Position numbers and translations under genes: made by a program
Notes under the pieces: generated by a model
What the model saw: the letters and a program-made list of their open reading frames with translations, nothing else
The model's database searches: none
What the model was told of the DNA's origin: nothing
Sequence record: MK250028.1
Strand: one strand, 5' to 3'
Length of the DNA stretch: 64,000 nt
Shown: piece by piece, positions 1-7,034 of the stretch
Layout: every line of letters begins with the position of its first letter
Position numbering within the stretch: position 1 is the stretch's first letter

Positions 1-339
1 TTCATAAATAATTTCATTATTGTTTATGTGAGGAAACAAACATAACTATATGAATTTATAATAATGATGCTGCCAAAGAAAAATATGATTGAAAAATATC
101 AGGCTCTATATAAGATTTCTTATATTAGACTGCTTGTCCAAAGTGCATCAGGAGATATATATAGAATATTAAAGTCCTTTTAATATTGCTATTGCTTTCA
201 AAAAGATATATCTCCACGAGCTGAATAGAACAAATGAACGACTCAAGCTAATGTTTGGTTATATACATAAATCTTATAAGAATAAGAAGTGTCACTGTAA
301 CGGTCGGATGTGTAGTTAACTGACTTTAAAGTTATATTT

Positions 340-410
340 GGGTATTTAGCTGGAAGGTCAAGCATCTGACTGTTAATCAGAAGACGTGGGTTCGATTCCC
401 TCAGTACCCG
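340..410 (+). tRNA. trnN: tRNA-Asn(GTT)
   Basis: GGGTATT/AGTACCC acceptor, TCTGA-CTGTTAA-TCAGA anticodon arm, GTTCGATTC T-loop; short D-arm. Confidence 0.9.
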
Positions 411-520
411 CAAGTTAAAAACATAACATTTTATATATGAAGGCTCGTACCTTTCAAATTCAGATGATACCGTCAAGGCGGAGATATATAATGTTTCTGA
501 ATATGTTTTTTGATGATTGA

Positions 521-693
521 TTAAATAATAACGTAGTTTAACGGTAAATGAAGTCTTACGTTAAAGTAAGGGTTAAATAATTTAAGAAATAAAAACAGCG
601 CTATTTCTTTTATTTCTTAAAAAGAAGGGTTCATCACTGCGTATTGCAACTATGAAGTAAGGGAAGTGCAACTCCACCCTGTTAGTTATTTAA
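521..693 (+). ncRNA. Over-sized tRNA-like RNA (D-arm-like 5' part, extra long hairpins, degenerate T-arm)
   Basis: Ends pair 12 bp with one bulge (521-532/681-693); TAGTTTAACGGTAAAT D-arm-like segment; perfect 13-bp inverted repeat 582-594/608-620. Confidence 0.45.
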
Positions 694-760
694 TCTTATT
701 TTTAATTTAAATTAAATTTTTATTATAGTATACCACTTGTGAAAGCAGTATACTAGATTT

Positions 761-833
761 AGATGGTTAACTCAGTGGTTAGAGTTCTCGGCTTACATCC
801 GAGCTGTCAGGAGTTCGAATCTCTTACCATCTA
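761..833 (+). tRNA. trnV: tRNA-Val(TAC)
   Basis: AGATGGT/ACCATCT acceptor, CTCGG-CTTACAT-CCGAG anticodon arm, canonical T-arm. Confidence 0.95.
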
Positions 834-843
834 CCTTTTGGGT

Positions 844-1048
844 TTGTCTTTCGTATAGACATGGTATTACTATGGTCCTAAAGAAAAGAGAAGTAACGAG
901 GTATGAAAATGAAATATAGATAAGGGGAAAGGAGCATTAACTGCGAGTGCAGTGTGCAAAATGGAACTGGAGTGAAAGATGATTAGTGAAGCGAAAATTG
1001 AAGTATGTATTGTAAGGATAAAGGTGTGTTCGAATCCATCAAGACAAC
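844..1048 (+). ncRNA. tRNA-like termini enclosing a purine-rich insert of about 150 nt
   Basis: TTGTCTT/AAGACAA acceptor, Gln/Glu-like D-arm GTAT..ATTAC, T-arm GGTG(T)G-TTCGAAT-CCATC; no anticodon stem. Confidence 0.5.
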
Positions 1049-1387
1049 TAATAAAAATATTTATAATTTAAATAGACTTTTATATGTTTATTCAATATAA
1101 ATATTGAATCATAAAATATGAAGATATTTATGTTTTATATATTGAGTATTTATGAATTGAGTCGTTAGAAGAATTTAATTTATAAATTATGTATGTAAAA
1201 ATTAAATAAATTCATATTTTTAAAAAGATAAGATTTAGATAATTATTTTTCTATATAGTTAATATATAGTTTTTAAGGTTAACTTCATATATATTATAAA
1301 ATTTATATATGTTATTAAGTTAAATATCTAAATATTGTTTTTAACTCAAAAGAATTTTATAGGGTATTATCTAAATCTCTATAAATT

Positions 1388-1461
1388 GGGGGTATAGCTC
1401 AGTTGGCTAGAGCATCTGCTTTGCACGCAGAGGGTCATGGTTTCGAGTACCATTATCTCCA
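1388..1461 (+). tRNA. trnA: tRNA-Ala(TGC)
   Basis: Canonical cloverleaf with G3:U70. Confidence 0.97.
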
Positions 1462-1680
1462 CGCTAGGTGTGAAACATTACAGTAATAAGGATTAAACTA
1501 TATTATTAGACAATATACTTAATTACTTATTAAATAAATGAATTAAAGTAAACATGTAGAATATATTATTAAGTCTAAATATAAAATATATTTGAAGGCG
1601 TATGTTAATTTCATTCTGGTTAGAACCTATTTTAAATCCTATAGGTGAACGGGCAGCGGTGAATGTTTCAGGTAAAATTT

Positions 1681-1785
1681 AATGAAATATATTATCCCAC
1701 AGGGCAAGGGCGTGCTATTAAAATACCGTAAAGCCGGTAAGCTATAAGAGTATTAAAAGGTTCAATTCCTTTTGTATATTTCATT
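1681..1785 (+). ncRNA. Degenerate tRNA-like RNA
   Basis: 12-bp terminal stem AATGAAATATAT/GTATATTTCATT, D-like CCC..GGG stem, T-arm AAAAGG-TTCAATT-CCTTTT; anticodon arm poorly paired. Confidence 0.45.
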
Positions 1786-1791
1786 AATTTT

Positions 1792-1874
1792 GGGTGAGTG
1801 TCCCGAGTGGCAAAGGGGGCTGACTGTAAATCAGCTGTCATTTGACTTCGTAGGTTCGAGTCCTACCTCACCCA
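1792..1874 (+). tRNA. trnY: tRNA-Tyr(GTA)
   Basis: Class II cloverleaf, GCTGA-CTGTAAA-TCAGC. Confidence 0.97.
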
Positions 1875-1879
1875 CAAAT

Positions 1880-2296
1880 ATGTCAGAATTAAAAGAATAT
1901 ATATGTGAATCTTGTAATAAAAAGTTTTATTCTACTAAGACTTTTAGAAAAGATAGACATATAAAATGTGATGAATGCAAACAAAAACGTAAACATTCTA
2001 AAGAAAATGAATTAAATAGTATATTAGATTGTTCTAAAAGAACAATATCTAAAATATTGAAACGTTCAAAAATAGGATGTGCAATATGTGGGTGGAATGA
2101 ATCTACTTGTGATATTCATCATATAATAGAAAAATCTAATGGTGGAACTGATGATATTTCTAATTTAATTATTGTATGTCCAAATCATCATAGAATGATA
2201 CATACGAATAAATGCTATTCAATAGATTATTTACAAAGTTTATCTATTAAAAATACATTTAATAATTGGAAAGATTATTATCATCCAGAAAGATAA
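1880..2296 (+). CDS. Free-standing HNH endonuclease with N-terminal Zn finger
   Basis: CAICGW..CDIHHI..GG..NLIIVCPNHH motif. True start is ATG 1880; the ORF-track extension runs through tRNA-Tyr. Confidence 0.9.
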   Translation: MSELKEYICESCNKKFYSTKTFRKDRHIKCDECKQKRKHSKENELNSILDCSKRTISKILKRSKIGCAICGWNESTCDIHHIIEKSNGGTDDISNLIIVCPNHHRMIHTNKCYSIDYLQSLSIKNTFNNWKDYYHPER

Positions 2297-2318
2297 TTAG
2301 TTATGTAAGTTAAGATAT

Positions 2319-2393
2319 GGTGCGTTAGTTCAGTTTGGTCAGAATGCTACACTGTCACTGTAGAGGTCACGGATTCGAGTTCCGTACGCACCG
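2319..2393 (+). tRNA. trnD: tRNA-Asp(GTC)
   Basis: Canonical cloverleaf, CTACA-CTGTCAC-TGTAG. Confidence 0.96.
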
Positions 2394-2402
2394 CAAAAAT
2401 TT

Positions 2403-2638
2403 GGTTATATAGTTCAAAATAGGTGGAGTAGTTAATAACTGGTAATTGACATGAATATCTATTGGAAGTAATATAAAAACTAATATGAGATGTTTGCGGA
2501 TCAAATGGTATTATTCTTAAGCTCTTTTACCGTTATTAGTTTTTATATTATGAGTAAGTAGAGAATACAATAATTATCGTTTACTCATAGAATACCCTGG
2601 GTCGAGGGAGATTAATGGTTCGAATCCATTTATAACCG
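2403..2638 (+). ncRNA. tRNA-like RNA with a three-hairpin insertion of about 170 nt in the D-loop and a shortened anticodon arm
   Basis: GGTTATA/TATAACC acceptor, GTTC/GAAT D-stem separated by the insert, AATGG-TTCGAAT-CCATT T-arm; perfect 16-bp inverted repeat 2469-2484/2535-2550 inside. Confidence 0.7.
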
Positions 2639-2672
2639 CTATGAATATTATTAGATATGTTTATTGAAACAT

Positions 2673-2743
2673 TGGACTATAGTATAATGGTAGTACAGAA
2701 GATTTTGGTTCTTCTAGACTGGGTCCGAATCCCGGTAGTCCAA
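2673..2743 (+). tRNA. trnQ: tRNA-Gln(TTG)
   Basis: TGGACTA/TAGTCCA acceptor, GAAGA-TTTTGGT-TCTTC; T-loop TCCGAAT is atypical. Confidence 0.9.
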
Positions 2744-2783
2744 CGATTTTAGTGAATATTTAAAAATAATAAAAATATTATAT

Positions 2784-2856
2784 TGCGGGATGGAGCAGTT
2801 GGTAGCTTGTCGGGCTCATAACCCGAAGGTCGTGTGTTCGAGTCACACTCCCGCTA
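2784..2856 (+). tRNA. trnM: Initiator tRNA-fMet(CAT), copy 1
   Basis: 1:72 mismatch (T:T), three G-C pairs at the base of the anticodon stem. Confidence 0.95.
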
Positions 2857-2865
2857 CTATTAAAT

Positions 2866-3026
2866 GGACCTTGCGTATGGCTGGTGCCTGTACATTGGAC
2901 TGAATTAACAGAATAAACTGTATAAAATTAATCTCTATATATTATATTTTATGGATATAAAATTATTAGTTCGATTCTAATTATAGAGACAATCCAGGGG
3001 TTGTGGTTCGATTCCACAAGGGTCCA
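2866..3026 (+). tRNA. trnF: tRNA-Phe(GAA) interrupted by an 86-nt insert (exons 2866-2904 and 2991-3026)
   Basis: Joining the exons gives a 75-nt cloverleaf with TTGGA-CTGAAAA-TCCAG, GGACCTT/AGGGTCC acceptor and TGTGG-TTCGATT-CCACA T-arm. Confidence 0.85.
2905..2990 (+). other. Putative tRNA intron with nested tRNA-like acceptor/T-arm domain
   Basis: ACAG-AATAAA-CTGT hairpin; TCTCTATA(2932-39)/TATAGAGA(2982-89) stem; ATTAG-TTCGATT-CTAAT T-arm; ends in C. Confidence 0.8.
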
Positions 3027-3078
3027 CTTTAACTGAAAAATCATATATACAGTTCGAATAAATAAAATTAATTTTATT

Positions 3079-3945
3079 ATGAATTGCGAAAATTGTGGGA
3101 AATATTATATTAAACCTATTTATGGTTCTGGACGATTTTGTTGTGGAAGTTGTAGATGTGCATATACAAATAAACATAGGAAAATATCTAACGAAACAAA
3201 AGAAAAAATATCAGAGTCATTAAAAAGGTATTATAATATAAAAAATGATATAAAAATTAAAAAATATTTTTGCGGTACATTATAGTTAAATAATGAAAAC
3301 CCTGAAATATCAAAACATTAGTCATCAAAATGGTTTAATAAATTAATACCATTTGGATTAAATATTAATACATTATATACAAAAAAATTTGTTGATGAAT
3401 ATAATAAAGTTAAAGATTTATTATATACTGAATATGTAATTAATCAATTATCACCAAAAGATATTTATATTAAATATAATTGTAAAAAATATATAAATAA
3501 TTCTGAAACTTTATTACATCTATTTAAATCATATAATTTTCCTATACGACATTTTAGTGAATCAACAACAGTATCATATTTACATGGTAAATTAAAAGGA
3601 CCCACACATACATTAGGTAAAGATTGCTATCATATTACATGGAATAATAAAAAAGTATATTTACGAAGTACATATGAATTAGATTATGCATTATATTTAG
3701 ATTCAAAACAAATTGATTATGATGTTGAATGTAAGAGAATAAAATATTATGATTCTATTAAATAGAAATATAGATGCGCAATACCAGATTTTTATATTTC
3801 AAATAAAAATTTATTAGTTGAAGTAAAATCTAATTATACATTAGATATTTAGAATATGAAAGATAAATTTAATGAATATATAAAATTAGGATATAATGTT
3901 AAATTAATACTAGAACATAAAGAAACAGATTTATATAAATTATAA
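3079..3945 (+). CDS. Free-standing PD-(D/E)xK endonuclease with N-terminal Zn finger (code 15, 4 TAG)
   Basis: Open 288 aa with TAG=Q; CENCG..YGSGRFC and PDF..LLVEVKS motifs. Confidence 0.85.
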
Positions 3946-4021
3946 AATAATTATTAGAAATATACTTTACAGTTTTAATGTCGTATATTATCTAATAATG
4001 ATATAAACAAGTATAGACTTC

Positions 4022-4269
4022 CAAGTAGAATAATGAGTAAGTTTATAATTATATGCTAGCTAATTTATAGACAGAAGAACTGATAAGGGTTACAGGTCAA
4101 TTATTGAAAGGAATTGGTTTGAACATTAGTTCATAGATGTGAAGAGCAGCAGATTTCGTAAGAAGCCATAAGTTGACACACAACAATTTCGTAAAACAGC
4201 GCAAGTGCCTAATAGCGAGTATTCCTTTATATAAAGGGTGAAAAAGTCTGTGTCTCGTAAATCTACTTG
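4022..4269 (+). ncRNA. Candidate structured ncRNA
   Basis: Terminal 8-bp stem CAAGTAGA/TCTACTTG, nested AGACAGA/TCTGTGTCT pairing, GC-enriched, no ORF evident. Confidence 0.4.
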
Positions 4270-4277
4270 TTTAATTT

Positions 4278-4351
4278 TGGGTGGTAGTTCAGATGGTTAG
4301 AGCGCATCCCTGATAAGGATGAAGTCGTGAGTTCAAGTCTCACCCACCCAA
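4278..4351 (+). tRNA. trnI: tRNA-Ile(GAT)
   Basis: CATCC-CTGATAA-GGATG, canonical T-arm. Confidence 0.93.
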
Positions 4352-4539
4352 CAAATATTTAATAAAAAAGTTGTTAATAATATAAACTTTTAAATATTAT
4401 ATTCATATAAGATTATGAATTTAGTTCTTTGAAATATGAAAGAAAATAATTTATAAAATATTTTTTAATTACAAATAAAAATAAAAGATGTATCTTTTTA
4501 ATGTAATTAAAATAGTTATGTAAATTAAAATATAGAGTT

Positions 4540-4612
4540 GTTCCGTTAGCTCATCTGGCAGAGCACGATACTTTTAATATCGGGGTAACGAGTTCGAGTC
4601 TCGTACGGAACA
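4540..4612 (+). tRNA. trnK: tRNA-Lys(TTT)
   Basis: CGATA-CTTTTAA-TATCG, canonical cloverleaf. Confidence 0.95.
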
Positions 4613-4704
4613 CTATAACTTGATTAGTATATCTAAAATTAATTTATTAAAAAATATAAACATTTACTTATAAATTGAATATAATATAAGAGTTTAAAAA
4701 TTAC

Positions 4705-4778
4705 ACTACAGTAACTCAGTCGGTTAGAGTTCCAAGCTTATACCTTGGCGGTCGGGGGTTCAAGTCCCTCCTGTAGTA
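4705..4778 (+). tRNA. trnI: tRNA with TAT anticodon (nominal Ile, reads AUA)
   Basis: ACTACAG/CTGTAGT acceptor, CCAAG-CTTATAC-CTTGG; body resembles tRNA-Val at 761. Confidence 0.88.
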
Positions 4779-4974
4779 CAAATTGTAAATGAATTAAAGT
4801 ATTTGACTTATGATGAGACTTTAATTAGTAAGAAATATAAGTGTTTATGAAAGTTTATTTATGATGATGGAAGTCAATACAGCAAACATATATAATTATG
4901 ATAATGTTTACTAGAAAAAGAAAACTCAAATACTTAAAAATAAATGACTTCTGATTTTTATAATTTTGGTGAAT

Positions 4975-5048
4975 GGTTCTGTAGCTCAGTTGAACAGAGC
5001 AGTGCTCTTCTAAAGCACGGGTCGTGAGTTTGATCCTCACCAGAATCA
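4975..5048 (+). tRNA. trnR: tRNA-Arg(TCT)
   Basis: GTGCT-CTTCTAA-AGCAC; T-loop TTTGATC. Confidence 0.92.
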
Positions 5049-5093
5049 CATAATGGATTAAAGATAAATATATGAAACAATTAATTTTTATAT

Positions 5094-5390
5094 ATGATTA
5101 ATCCTGAAGTAATTATCAGTTAGGAAGACGTGAAAATAATTGATAGTTATAAAATAAAATCTATTAAAAACATGAAATGTGTTATTAATAGTATACGTGA
5201 AAAATGTGATAAAACTTATGTTATTCATAAAAGGAGTATGTATAGTTTAATAAATGAATGGAGATCACATAATCTTCTTTATGATTTGCATATAAAAAGG
5301 GAATAGACAAAAGATGTGGATTTAGATAATGAAACATTATTCAGAAAAATATGTTATTCAATATTATCTATATTTTATCTACATTTTTAA
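5094..5390 (+). CDS. Hypothetical protein (code 15, 2 TAG)
   Basis: Open 98 aa with TAG=Q; TAAATA upstream. Confidence 0.7.
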
Positions 5391-5725
5391 TATATAACGA
5401 GAGTTAGTAGTATAGCATTGTCCGGACCATTATTAAAAGTTTTAATTATTTCTTTTAGTAATGATATGCTGATTTAAATTATAAATAAATAGATTTAAAA
5501 AATAATTATGAATATAAGTAATTTAACCTTATATTTAAGAGAGACTGAAAGATTATTTTAATCTATTGATAATTAGTTTCAGGAGTTGAATATGGTTTTA
5601 ATCATGATATGTAGTTCCATTAAAATAAACTTCATGATATAGGAAGTATATGTTTTCTCGGTAAAGTATACGCCTGAATATTAGAATAAAAAGAATAGTG
5701 TCCGTAGATAAACTATTCAAATTTT

Positions 5726-5940
5726 GCTTCGATAGTTCAGTTGGTTAGAACGTCTGACTGTATACAGGAAACAACCTGATTAAATTAAACTACATAATGC
5801 TGTTAGGTATCAGACTTGCGGACGCAATATTGATTTATAACTATTATAGTAATAAATCTAAATCGCTGAAAGTTTAGTTGGTTCGAATCCAATTTATGTA
5901 GCTAATCAGAAAGTCGTAGGTTCGAGTCCTACTCGAAGCG
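5726..5940 (+). tRNA. trnN: tRNA-Asn(GTT) interrupted by a 141-nt insert (exons 5726-5761 and 5903-5940)
   Basis: Joining the exons gives a 74-nt cloverleaf with TCTGA-CTGTTAA-TCAGA (identical to tRNA-Asn at 340), a short variable loop and G73. Confidence 0.87.
5762..5902 (+). other. Putative tRNA intron with nested tRNA-like domain
   Basis: CAGG-AAACAA-CCTG hairpin; CTACATAA(5790-97)/TTATGTAG(5894-5901) stem; GTTGG-TTCGAAT-CCAAT T-arm; ends in C. Confidence 0.82.
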
Positions 5941-5945
5941 CAAAT

Positions 5946-6602
5946 ATGAGAGAAAAAGAATGTCGTATATGCCATATTCATGGTAATACATTATTTTCTT
6001 TATATACATATAATAATAAAATACATTGGGTATGTAATAAATGTTAGACAGAATATGTATAGCGACGTCGAGAACATTTAAAATTATTATCAGTTGCATA
6101 TAAAGGAAATAAATGTCAATGTTGTGGATATAATAAATGTATATCTGCATTAGAATTTCACCATATAGATCCTAATAAAAAAGAGTTTGGAATAGGATAT
6201 GCAGGTTATACACATGGATGGAATGATGTTAAATTAGAATTAGATAAATGTATTTTAGTATGCGCAAATTGTCATAGAGAAATACATGCTAATATAATAA
6301 AATGCCCAACTGAAATTATAAAAGATGAAGAAAATGTTAATATTTTATTAAATAAATTTAAATTTGATTCTATAAATAGGAATAATGATTATAAAAAATT
6401 AGTTGAAAAAATAGAACCAATTAAAAATTATACAATTCCTACAAAAGAAGAATTAATACAATTATTTAAGAAATATATTACATTTGAAAATATTGGTAGA
6501 TTATATGGTATTACAGGAAATGCCATTAAAAAATGGTGTAAAAAATATGATTTACCATATAAATCAAAAGAATTAAAAGAATATATAAATAAATTACCAT
6601 AA
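5946..6602 (+). CDS. Free-standing HNH endonuclease with C-terminal HTH-like region (code 15, 2 TAG)
   Basis: 218 aa; CQCCGY..LEFHHIDP..KCILVCANCHREIH. Confidence 0.88.
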
Positions 6603-6746
6603 ACGTCATGAGCCTTCTTAGAAAAAGGCGGTTTTAGTAACTGTACGAAGTATGTTAATACACGTGGTTAATATATATTTCAATAAGGGAAATTATAATG
6701 GATGTTGGCTAAGCAACTTCTTATATACGGTAATTTTTTAATATTT

Positions 6747-6850
6747 GGGAATATCTTCTCGTTGGTATGAGAACTCTACGGTAAGTAGAGTGCATTTGCA
6801 AACCGGTTGAAATGATCTTGCTTCACAGTGTTCGAATCCTGTTGTTCCCA
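6747..6850 (+). ncRNA. Non-canonical tRNA-like RNA (GTA triplet, G33, long variable region, bulged T-stem)
   Basis: GGGAATA/TGTTCCC acceptor, TTCTC/GAGAA D-stem, CTCTA-CGGTAAG-TAGAG, ACAG(T)G-TTCGAAT-CCTGT. Confidence 0.7.
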
Positions 6851-6950
6851 CAAATATTTTGAAAATATTTTTGATAAATATATAGACTTTACTATAAAGA
6901 TTACATATAATAATTATGAATTGAAAATAATTAAGATACGCAAATTAACT

Positions 6951-7022
6951 GGTGGGTTCGTATAGCGGTTAGTACTAGAGATTTTCATTCTCTAAACAGG
7001 AGTTCGACTCTCCTACCCACTA
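6951..7022 (+). tRNA. trnE: tRNA-Glu(TTC)
   Basis: AGAGA-TTTTCAT-TCTCT, canonical T-arm. Confidence 0.95.
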
Positions 7023-7034
7023 CTAATCAATAAT

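Noticed and set aside
844-1048. tmRNA or amber suppressor tRNA
   Set aside because: No G3:U70, no pseudoknots evident, and the CTA triplet lacks U33 and a paired anticodon stem
1772-1879. N-terminal extension of the HNH ORF in the ORF track
   Set aside because: It runs through tRNA-Tyr; ATG 1880 is the plausible start
2866-3026. Reading the interrupted tRNA as Val(GAC) via a 35/36 junction
   Set aside because: GGA-CTGAAAA-TCC is a typical Phe arm, and the Val junction breaks the end spacing shared with the Asn insert; not formally excluded without cDNA
4022-4269. RNase P RNA
   Set aside because: ACAGAA- and GAAAAAGTC-like words are in the wrong order and do not form the P4 pairing
2905-5902. 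tRNA inserts as group I or BHB introns
   Set aside because: 86 and 141 nt, end in C not G, no P7/R/S motifs, no bulge-helix-bulge at the junctions
5726-5940. Reading the interrupted tRNA as Tyr(GTA)
   Set aside because: Short variable loop, G73 and an anticodon arm identical to tRNA-Asn at 340 indicate Asn; the Asn junction also matches the Phe insert spacing
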